NCBI RefSeq assembly: GCF_004010195.1
Contig: NC_057718.1
Span: forward strand, 88,626,233-88,690,232
Direction: 5' to 3'
DNA from: Chiloscyllium plagiosum
Taxonomy: Eukaryota
DNA length: 64,000 bases
Of this stretch, positions 36,001 to 48,000 are shown piece by piece. How positions within the stretch are numbered: the stretch's first letter is position 1; every line of letters begins with the position of its first letter. Both the position numbers and the translations under genes were made by a program. The notes under the pieces were generated by a model, which was not told where the DNA came from, ran no database searches, and worked only from the letters and a program-made list of their open reading frames with translations.

Positions 36001-39000
36001 AGCATAACTTTAATGCTGACACTAACTCAATAATTTATTGTCCCCATTAAAATTACTCAATCAGCAAGTCAAGGTCTATTTACAGTTATTACATAAGAAA
36101 TATACTGCACCAACTTTTTGTCACTGAATTAATAAATTAATTTATCACTACTTCTTTGTTCTTTTCTGGTACATAGGAGAGGGACAGTTTTAACATTGCA
36201 ATGTGTTTTGGAAATATTTAGCTAAATTTTTAATACGATTGTATCTACTTGAAAATGGGCAGTTATTCCCACAATTAGAACTGTAAGATGTTGCAGTAGA
36301 AAGAAAATCTCAGAGAATGAGGCCACTACTCGCCAGAACAAGGAATGTGTGCCATCAGTAGAAAAGCAAAGCAGTCCAATAAATGGACATGATGAATGTT
36401 TCATGCCAGAGTTAGAAGTAGGAATTGGGGTAAACATGCAGTTAAAAGCAGCATAAGTAAACAATACCCTAGATACATGCAGTGTGATTCAACTTACTGC
36501 TTTATCTTCCACATTCCAAAAGACAACAGAGCCCTCCCTGTGTGTGCAAGAAATAAAGATTGTTAGTATTGGAGAAGGTCATGGAGAGGACCATCTGTTA
36601 TATTTTAACAGCCAGATAATACATTGGATAGAAAATAGTTTCACAGCCTTAGAAACCCCATGACTGAATCACACATATAAAATGCAAAAAAACAATTAAT
36701 TTTCCTCAAACCATTAACAAATACTACAATTGATAGGTTTACTACCAAATGAAAACATTTGGTGTAATAAGTTACATTAGTGAATTATAATCACAGAATT
36801 GTTATTGGGCAGAAGGCAACCATTCAGCCCATCATGTCTGCACTGATTTTGTATCATTTTCCTGCCAGCACCACATAACCATCATGTTATTTCTATTCAA
36901 ACAATCAACTAATTGAACCTGCTTCCACCACACCCCCAGGCATTGCATTTCAGGCCTAAACTCACTCTGCGTAAACAGTTTTTTCTCAAATCATATTTAC
37001 TTCATTTACAAATCATTTCAAATCAGTGCCCTATTGCTCTTGATCCATGGGCTGGAATGGTTTCTTCCCATCCGCTCTGTGCAGATCCCTCATTATTTCA
37101 ATATTTCCACTAAGTCTCTTTTTAGACTTTTCCTCTCCAAGGAGAACAGTCTTCATTTTCCAATCAATCTTCATAATTGCAGATTCTCATCCCTGGGACC
37201 ATTCCCATGAACATTTCTCTCTAACGTGTTCATATTTTCCTTAAAGTGTAGCATCCAGAACTGTACACAATACTCTAGTTGGGTTTAACTAGAATCTTAT
37301 ACAAGTTCAACATAGCCACCCCTCTCTTGTATTCTATACCCGTATTGAGAAAGCAGAATACACTATTTGCTTTGTTAACCCCTTTGTCCACTTGTCCTAC
37401 CACCTGTACTGAATTATGTAAATAGACAACCAGGTTTTTCTCCTCATGAATACCCTTTAGAGTAGCATTTTGTTTTAAAGTTATGTTTAATCTGAACACT
37501 GTTACCAGGTGGAGCAACAAGTATACATATTCAGGAATACAGTGTTGACATCACCAGGCCTGTCAATGCATGTAGTGATTTTATCAGGCACAGGATGAGG
37601 TGGTGAAACAGGCAGGGGCCAAAAGGGAGGAGGAAGGGAGCGATCAGAAGAGCATAGGAGGGCTGGTGAACAGGACTGTCATAGCCAGTTGATATCTGTG
37701 CATGCATGGAAGTTATGGTGTCATTTTTGGTAATTGCTCCTTATTTTATACCATCTTGCCATTTTATTTCTAACAAAATGGACTACCTCATGCTTCTCTG
37801 CAATCAACGTATCCCCCATCCCCACCAATTTGTCAATACCCATCTGAAATTCTATGCTGTCCTCCTTGTAGCTTATAATGCTTCCAAGTTTTAAATTGTT
37901 TACAAACTTTAAATTGTCTCTTGCATTTCAAGATCTAGATCATTAAATAAATCCAGAAAAGCAGGGATTCCAATACCGACCCTGAGGGAACTCAACTATA
38001 AACCTTCTTCCGGCTTGAAAAATATCTATTAACCATAGTGTTTCCTTTCACTCAGCCAAACATACATTCACATTGCTACTGTCCCTTTTATTCTATGAGC
38101 CATAACTTTTCTCACAAGTCTGTTGCATGGCACTGTATTGAATGTCTTTTGAGAAAACATTAACAGCATTACTCTCATCAACCCTCTCTGTTACCTCTAT
38201 AAAGTATTCCAGCAAGTTAATTAATAATGATTCTTCTGCATGAAACTATGCTCACCATCACTAATGAACCCATATTTGTCCATGTAATTATTAATTCTAT
38301 CCCAAATTATTGTTTCCATAAGAACTAGAAACAGGAGTAGGCCATTCAGCCTCTTGAGCTTGTTCCGCCATGTAATACAATTATGAGCGATCTCATCTTG
38401 GCTTCAACTCTACTTTCCTGCTCACTCTTCATAACCTTTCACCCATTATTAATTAAAAACCTCTCTCCTCCTTAATATCCCAACATCCACTGCATTCTGG
38501 GGTAGTGAATTCCACAGATTCACAACCCTTCAAGAGAAGTAATTTCTCATTTGTTTTAAATCTGCTACTCCTTATCCTAAAACTTCTAGATTCCCCCATG
38601 AGAAACGTCCTCTGTATATCTACTTTCTCAATCCCCTTTAGCATGTATTCCTTAATCAGATCTCTTCATTCTTGTAAACTTCAGAGAGTATAAACTGCTC
38701 ATTCTCACTTTATAAGACAAAACCCCTAATCTCTGGAGTCAATCTTGAGAACCTCCCCTGACCTGCCTCCAATGCAACTACATCCATCCTCAAGTAAGAG
38801 GAACAAATTGGAAGCGATACTCCAGTCGCAGTCTCATCAATGCTTTGTACAGTTACAGTAAGCACTTCCTCACCTTTATACTCCATTCCTTTAGCCATAA
38901 ATGCTAAAATTTCATTTGCTTTCCTTACTATCTGCGTACTAGTTTTCTGCGATTCATACACGAGGTCACCCAGATCTCTGTGCACAGAAGCACCATGAAA

Positions 39001-42000
39001 TTTCATTAGATATTATGTTATCTTTCTACTACACTGACCAAAATAGATAATCTCACACTTGCGCATGTTAAACTTGACCTACCAAATTGTGGCCTTTTCA
39101 CTGAACCAATCTATATCCATTTGTAAATTTCTTGTTTATTTATTACAGTTTACTTTCCCACCTATTTTCATGTCATCTACAAACCTGGCTATAGTATTTT
39201 CTATTCCTGTATCCACGTCATAAACGTAGATTGCAAATAGTTGGACCAGAGGTTCCAACCCCACGGCAGCCAACGAGCTACATCCTGACAACTAGAAAAA
39301 GACCCATTTAGTTCGACTCTCTACTTTCTGTTGATTGGCTAATCCTCTATCCAAACTAATAAAATACCCCAACCACGTGATCTTACCTTGTGCATTAACC
39401 TTTTGTAGGGCATCTTATCAAAAGCCTCCTGGAAGTACAGATGAACTACATCTACAGGAGCCCCAAATCCTTCTTGATTGTTACATCTTCGAAGAACTCT
39501 ACCAAATTAGCTAAAAAATATTTACCCTTTATAAAACCACGCCAACTCTGATGGATTATGTTTTGACATTTCAAATGCACTATCATTACTTCCTTAATAA
39601 TAGATACTAACAATTTCTCAATGACACACCATGAAGCTACATCATCTGCATTTGGAAAACAATCCCACAATTTGAAAATTTCAACTGACTCCCATATTCA
39701 CAGGTGTTTTTGGCTAGTTCTGACTTTCCAGAATTTGAAGAAGTGCTCCCGATTTCACTTCTGAATGATCTTTTAACAATTTTATTATGGTCTGGAGTTC
39801 TGCATTTCTCCTCCAGATTTAATAGTTTCTTGATATCTATTCAATCATATTCTTTAATCATTTGGAATACCAGGGCCAAGCACAAAAGTGATATTACACA
39901 AACACAAGTTCATTGGTTGGTGATAGCTACTATATTGACTAACTAGAATCCTAGATTCCATACAGTGTGGAAAGAGGCCATTCGGCCCAACAAGTCCACA
40001 ATGACTCTCCGAAGAGCATCCCACCCTATTCTTGCAACCCGACACCTCCCATGGCTAATCCAACTAGCCCACACATTCCTGGATACTATGAGCAATTAGC
40101 ATGTCAAATCCACTAACTTGCATATCTTTGGACTACAGGAGGAAACCAGAGCACCTGAAGGAAACTCATGCAGACATGGGGAGAACGTGCAAACTGCACA
40201 CAGACAGTTACCGGAAGGTGGAATTAAACCCGGGTCTCTGGCACTGTGTGGCAGCAGTGCTAGGCACTGAGCCACTGTGCCGAGGACCACTGGAGATAGT
40301 TCATCCACTCAGCAGTTCTGGCTGAAGACTGTTGCAATTAGGACCAATTAGGGTACTTTAGGACCCAACCAGATCAATCAGTAGTGCTGCTGCCGAGCCA
40401 CTGTTTGTGGTGGACATTGAAATCCCCTACCCAGATTACAGATTATATTCTTGCCACCCTCAATGGTTCCTCCAAGTGTTGTTCAACAGTGAGGAGTTCT
40501 GATTCATCAGTCAAGGAAGGTGATCAGCAGGAGGTTTCTGTACCCACGTTTAACCTGATACCACGAGATTTCACAGGGTTCAGGATCAATGCTGAGGACT
40601 CTCAGGGTTACATACCACTGCATTCTGCAGTGCTATCACCTCTGTTGGGTCGGCCCTGAAGGTGCGAAAACATATCCAGGGATGATAGTGGTGTTGTGAG
40701 GCATGATTCCATGAAGCTAACTATGTCAGGCTTTTGTTAGACTAGTCTGTGAGACGGCTCTCCCAATTTTGGTAGACGCCCCCAGATGGGTTAGGTTTAG
40801 GAGGACTTTAAAGCTTGACAAGGCTGTTTTTGCTGTTGTTGTTTCTGCCTGGGTCAATGGCAGGTGGTCTGAATGGCTTCATTTCTTTGTTGAAACTTCA
40901 TAGCAATTGACACAACTGGGTGGCTCGTTAGACCATTTCAGAGAGCAGCTAAGAGTCAACTACATTGCTATAGCTCTGGAGTCACAGATAATCCACAACA
41001 GGTGAGGATGGCACATATCCTTCCTGAAGGACATTAGCAAACCAGACGGGCTCAAAGGAATTTAAGTCATGTTTACACTAGCTGTCCTCATAAGTCACAT
41101 TTTTTTGATCCAGTCATACAGCCAATATTTCTTCCCCTCCCAAACCTCCCCGCAACACACACAATCTTGTAATTAGCACCTGTGATCACGTTGTGCCTCT
41201 TCTTTCCCACAACCATTTCTACTTCCTTTGTATCTTGTTCTATGGTACTTTTCATCTCCAAATTTCCTCAATATTTCCTGACCCACCCTTCTGTTCTCCT
41301 TTCAATGGTATAGTGCACATGTCTTCACCAACATTCAGTTCCATAATCACTGGACACATAACATTAACTCTTTTTCTCTCTTCAGAGATGCCACCTAACG
41401 AGTTGAGTTTCTTCAGCACTTTGTTTCTTTTATTACCTTTGTTGAGGTTTGGAACACAAACTAAATGCAGCATACAATATTAGTTGAAGCCTGATTAAAT
41501 TTGAACAACTGTAGAATTACTTCCATACTTTTGAATTTTAAATCACTTGAGATACAATCAACATCCCATTAACTTTTACAATTGCTTTTTATACTTCGGT
41601 GATGTGCTTACAAGAGCACAGAAATCCCCTCAGTTTCATAGCTCTAGTCTCTATTCATTAAGAAAATATGCTGATTTGTCTTACTCAGATCCAAAGTAGA
41701 TTACCTCATATTTCCTTATATTAAATTGTGATATTGTAATTTTTAAAAAACTCACGCAGTTCCTTTCTAACTTGCTCATAGCATCCATCCAACCATCTGT
41801 GTTATGAAGGAGGAAATCATGTGTCCTAACTGAATGTTATCTGCAATGTCTGACCCAAAAGCACAGCATGTTTTCATGTTTTATTATTCAAAATGATGCA
41901 TATTCCAATCAGTGTTGCAGCTAGGCTCTTGGGATATAATAGTGTGTAATTCCTATGTAAAACTGGAATGCAAAGATGTACCAAGTTCCAGCACACGCAG

Positions 42001-45000
42001 CAAAAAGGTAGTTCAATCTAAATTAAAATTTAAAGGCTTAAAAGAGAGTAACAATACATTTATACATATGTCCCCTCCAAAGCCTAAGCGGGCAAGGAGT
42101 AGGCAATACACACATCGGTTTGAATAAATAAAGACCCACAGCAAGGCGACCTTTGCGTGGAGCCACAGAAAATGGGGGAGATACTAAATAAATATTTTGC
42201 ATCAGTATTTACTGTGGAAAGGATATGGAAAATATAGACTGTAGGGAAATAGAAGGTGACATCTTGCAAAATGTCTAGATTATAGAGGAGGAAGTGCTGG
42301 ATGTCTTGAAACGGTTAAAAGTGGATAAATCCCCAGGACCTGGTCAGGTGTACCCGAGAACTCTGTGGGAAGCTAGAGAAGTGACTGCTGCGCCTCTTGC
42401 TGAGATATTTGTATCATCGATAGTCACAGGTAAGGTGCCGGAAGACTGGAGGTTGGCAAATGTGGTGCCACTGTTTAAGAAGGCCGGTAAAGACAAGCCA
42501 GGAAACTACAGACCGGTGAGCCTGACCTCGGTGGTGGGCAAGTTGTTGAAGGGAATCCTGAGGGACAGGATGTACATGTATTTGGAAAGACAAGGACTGA
42601 TTCGGGATAGTCAACATGGCTTTGTGTGTGGGAAATCATGTCTCACAAACTTGATTGAGTTTTTTGAAGAAGTAACAAAGATAATTGATGAGGGCAGAGC
42701 AGTAGATGTGATCCATATGGACTTCAGTAAGGCATTCGACAAGGTTCCCCATGGGAGACTGATTAGTAAGGTTAGCTCTCATGGAATACAGGGAGAACTA
42801 GCCATTTGGATACAGAACTGGCTCAAAGGTAGAANNNNNNNNNNNNNNNNNNNNNNNNNNNNNNNNNNNNNNNNNNNNNNNNNNNNNNNNNNNNNNNNNN
42901 NNNNNNNNNNNNNNNNNNNNNNNNNNNNNNNNNNNNNNNNNNNNNNNNNNNNNNNNNNNNNNNNNNNNNNNNNNNNNNNNNNNNNNNNNNNNNNNNNNNN
43001 NNNNNNNNNNNNNNNNNNNNNNNNNNNNNNNNNNNNNNNNNNNNNNNNNNNNNNNNNNNNNNNNNNNNNNNNNNNNNNNNNNNNNNNNNNNNNNNNNNNN
43101 NNNNNNNNNNNNNNNNNNNNNNNNNNNNNNNNNNNNNNNNNNNNNNNNNNNNNNNNNNNNNNNNNNNNNNNNNNNNNNNNNNNNNNNNNNNNNNNNNNNN
43201 NNNNNNNNNNNNNNNNNNNNNNNNNNNNNNNNNNNNNNNNNNNNNNNNNNNNNNNNNNNNNNNNNNNNNNNNNNNNNNNNNNNNNNNNNNNNNNNNNNNN
43301 NNNNNNNNNAATTATGAGGGGCATGGATAGGATAAATAGACAAAGTCTTTTCCCTGGGGTCGGGGAGTCCAGAACTAGAGGGCATAGGTTTAGGGTGAGA
43401 GGGGAAAGATATAAAAGAGACCTAAGGGGCAACATTTTCATGCAGAGGGTGATACGCGTATGGAATAAGCTGCCAAAGGATGTGGTAGAGGCTGGTACAA
43501 TTGCAACATTTAAGAGGCATTTGGATGGGTATATGAATAGGAAGGGTTTGGAGGGATATGGTTCGGATGCTGGCAGGTGGGACTAGATTGGGTTGGGATA
43601 TCTGCTCGGCATGGATGGATTGGACCGAAGGGTCTGTTTCCATGCTGTACATCTCTATGACTCTATAATTCAACTGGCAATCAACTCAGAGTGCCCATAA
43701 TTAGGAGCAAGTCAGCAAAGACTAACTGCCAGTACAGATTAACCCCTATGGTTTAAGTTAAAACAGTGATTGATAAATGTATGGGCATACACCATTAAGC
43801 AGATGTCCCTGTGCATTATCAATGGACTTCTTTTAGAATTGCCTAAGCAACAAACAGAACAATGTTTTACTGGACCACTGAGGTTTCTCTCCAAAGCTGC
43901 ATATATCAGGCAGATGCACTATTAGAAATGTTATTTAATACTTTTTGGAAGCATTTCCTTCAGCTATTTTTTTTCCAAAAAGCTGTCAGTGTAGTCTAGT
44001 GTCTTGTATAAACCAGAATTGTGAATGTTGAAGGAGATGTAGATATTGAGGGCATTTGATACATTAGTTTTAGAGGTGGTTCCTGGCATAGATCAGAACT
44101 TCTGCAAAGGACAGAAATCATACATTTTACTTAGCTATTGAAAATTTAGTTGCTCTGCACCATATCTGCTGTCGCATAAAAGAGAAACAGTTATGAATAT
44201 ATTCTGTTCATTAAGCATTAAAAAAAGCCAGAAACATAGTACTTTCTTTAAGAATTATCCTTTTTATTGAAGGCCCTAAAATGTGGAGGTTCAAAAAACC
44301 AAATGATCCATTCTCACTTGCAGTTATCAATTCTCCCGAGCCAGTCATAAAGACTTACAGCTCTGCAATGGCAGAAATCAAAGACTTCCTCATGAGCTCT
44401 CAACTAAAACAAATACAATCCTCCCTCCCAGAGCACCATTCTATTGCCAGAAGTTAGATATGTGATAAGGCTAATTAATAAAATAATTAATTGGAAATAA
44501 ATAAAATGCCTATTATTGTTGGTGATTCTTACAGCAGACAGGACCTGCTTACCCAGGACACAACACCAAGATAGAAACAATCAGAAATACATAAACACCC
44601 TATTTCTGTACACTTTGCTTTCATAGGTTAATAGCTTGTCTTCAAATGCAACGTTCTGAGGCATCTGGAGTGGATCTCAATTTAGACAGTGAAATAAAAG
44701 TGGTCTAATTGAAAGGTGCATGACTGGGTTGGATTGTTAGTGTCTGAAGGAGAATTGAATCAGTCTCAGCCTCTACATTCAAGGATTACTATCATCATTG
44801 GAGAGATTGAAGATTGCAGGACTACCGTCAGTGGTGAAGGCAGTGCTGGTGCAGTCAGGCGATTTGTTGAGAATCAGATAGCATGTTTATAGACGTCAGG
44901 AGCATTGATAACAACCTTATATCTATCACTTAATCTGAGGATCATTACTCACACGGATTGCCTTTGATACTTACTTGCTTATGTAATTGAACTAATGCCT

Positions 45001-48000
45001 GCTAAAGTCAAAGTTGTTTAAATTTAATGGGCCCTTTTATGGTGCAGTGGTAGTGTCTCTAGCCCGCTGACTGGCAGGCCCAATTTCAGGTCCTGCCTAC
45101 TCCAGAGGTGTGTTAAAAAAATGGGTGGGATGCATATGCCCTGATCCACAAGGTGGGTAAAGTTAAAATTTGGAATTTATAAGTGCAACATATGAAAACA
45201 CGAATGTGAAATTTAGCCAGTGATTAAGATAAGATCTGTTTTAAGATCCAAATTGTTCCACGAGCCCTGATGTCTTAAATCCAACAAGGAGTCACCATTT
45301 TCCTCAATAGCACTTTAAATAAATTCCAATGATCAAACAATTGAACATTTATGATGAGAGAATATTGTTATCCAAGTTTCAGAATGTTTCACTGTTCCAG
45401 AGCAGTAACAATATGCTAGAAAATAAATGATATCAGAACTGAAAGGATATATCTGTCTGGAAAAACTTAAAAGACTGGCACTCTTTCCTCTGAAATGAGA
45501 AAGCTGCAGGGTGACTGTTAGAAGTTTTTAAGATTATGAAATGATTTGATAGGTTTATATTGGAAGTAGAAGAAAGTGAGAACTGCAGATGCTTGAGATC
45601 AGAGTTGAAAGTTGGAAAAGCACAGAAGGTCAGGCAGCATCTAAGGAGCAGGAGAATCGACATTTTGGGCATAAGCCCTTCATCAGGAATCTGTAAGGTG
45701 GTTACAAGTTTGGTTAAAACCAGAATTAGGGGTGATTTAGTACAAGATAATCTTTAATAAATTCAATAGGGAATTCAGGAGAAACTTCATTACTCAGAAA
45801 GACTGTTGAGGATGTGGATCTATCCACCACAGCACTGGTTGAGGTGGCTGGCAAAGATACAGTTAAGGGATAGAACAATAAGTGCATGTGGGAGAAGAGA
45901 AGGATTAGCGATAGGGCTAGAAGAAGGGTAGTAGGATGTTCACAGACATGTTGTCCGTAATGGTCTAATTCTGTGTTGTAAAAATGTAACATAATACAAA
46001 TTAAAAACCGAATGACAATTAAGTGTATTTATTTAGGTTTAACCTCTTTCTATTCTCACCTAGAGAGTGTTTAAAATTAGTATATGCTAAAACCTGTGTC
46101 CCTTTAAAGTTATTGTTATCGCAAAGTTGGAGTTTAACAGAATAGTGGAAAATTATCGAAAAAATATTTTGAATAAGCTATGATTTAATGAGGATCAACT
46201 TAAAAAAAAAATCAGCTGCATTAATATACAAGTCATATCCTTGTATCAGGAAAGTAGAAAAATACACCAAAGTGCAACTGACACACTACACCATTTCAAA
46301 TTTTACAAAAAAGGTCGTAGATACAGAGATGTCATGCAAACCAACCTGAATAAAAAAATTAATCCATAGTCATTTGGCTTGGCCAACATGTCAGTTCCAA
46401 TTACCAGGACATTTGAGGCATCTAGGAAAAACATTGAGGAAGGAATAAAATAATTTAATACTTTAATAATAGCAAATAGAAAAATACAAGAAGATTCAAA
46501 CAGATGATACAGTTCAATTTGTAGCATTCTTTCCACGGAGCAAAAATGTCAGAATATTAAGTAATTATTAAAATGATCAGTCATTAAGAATGGAAAATGA
46601 ATAGCAAATAGAGATTACAGAAGTTTTGTCATGTTTGATTTCCAGGATCAATGGCCATTCAACTCATCCTCATCATTTGAACATCAATAATTTTCACTTG
46701 AATAATTGGGGTAAATGGAAGAATGTGCAATCATCATTATATCAGTATTAAGAGCTAAAAATTGGTGTTATATATTGATGTGTTTGCTATACATCTCGAA
46801 TGGCTTACATAATATTTTAACTGTGTTATCTTTACACACAACAAAATCCCACTGCTCACCTTCCTCTTGATAAGCAAGAGTGGGATATATTATGATGCCA
46901 ATCATTTCCCCCTCAATAAGTATTGTTCAATGTCAGAAGAAGATTAAATCTCATATCTATCATTTAACCTGAGCTCAGAAACTGAAGGCAAAGGTAGGTT
47001 AAACAAGAATAGATTATTTGAAGGTAGATAAGATTAAATTACGCTTTGGTGAAATTCAGGTTTGCCTTTGGAATCTTAGCTGTTCTAAACAAAATGGAAA
47101 TTTAGCTTCACAACTGCCATCAATTTTGAGACCTAGGTTATGTCATGTTTTTACAATATTCGTTGGTCCATCAATGCTCAATAAGATACTTTTCAGGTTT
47201 TCTTTATTAGTAACAGACCAGATAGTTTGCAATGCTTAGTTTATGTTGTCATAATCTCCAAGAAATATTAATGTAAGGCAAAGTCCATTTGTGAAACAAA
47301 GGTATATGTGCTGAACCAAAATCCAAACTCAATTCTGTCGGTAGGAGAGAAAACCCATTTTTCAAAAACCTCTTCAAAATATATTCTTTACTTTCTCATG
47401 AATAAACAGTAAAATACAGGTGATTTAAAGGCATATGTTGTTTGTAGTGCTCCAGAAAAAGTTAATCCATTTTTGGCAAGGAAGTGATACATCATGGGTT
47501 GCCTCTTGCCACAAACTGCTGCATGATTTGTGTCATTCCTCCATCAGTTCCATGAAAAATTGATTCTGCTGTCACTGTATTAAGTTGTTGTCATATTTGC
47601 AGAATATTAATCTGAAGGTGGCTTCTGCACATTGGGTGGGGAATGGAATTACTAGGGGAAATGGGGAATTCAAAATAATCAGGTCAGGATAAGCAGTGTC
47701 AACTATGTACAATTTAATTCTGGATTTCAAATTTCACATTTTCAAACTGTGTAGTGGCTGTATTGCACCTGCATTACTCAATCAGGCTGTATTTTAAGAG
47801 ATTGTGCACAAACAGGTATTCAAAGTATTCAGAAAAGATGGTGGATCTGGAACAGCAACAACATCCAGAATGATGGATGGGTGCAATATGTTCTTCACCT
47901 GCAGTGGAAGGAGAAACTTGCAGTCTCACCATTTGACTGGAAGCAGATGAGGAAGTGGTCAGGAATGTTAACTCATGCTATACAAAGCACAACATTATCT

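Noticed and set aside
42294..43586. 430-aa ORF as a host gene or novel reverse transcriptase
   Set aside because: It is ordinary CR1 ORF2, and its length is inflated by the N gap.
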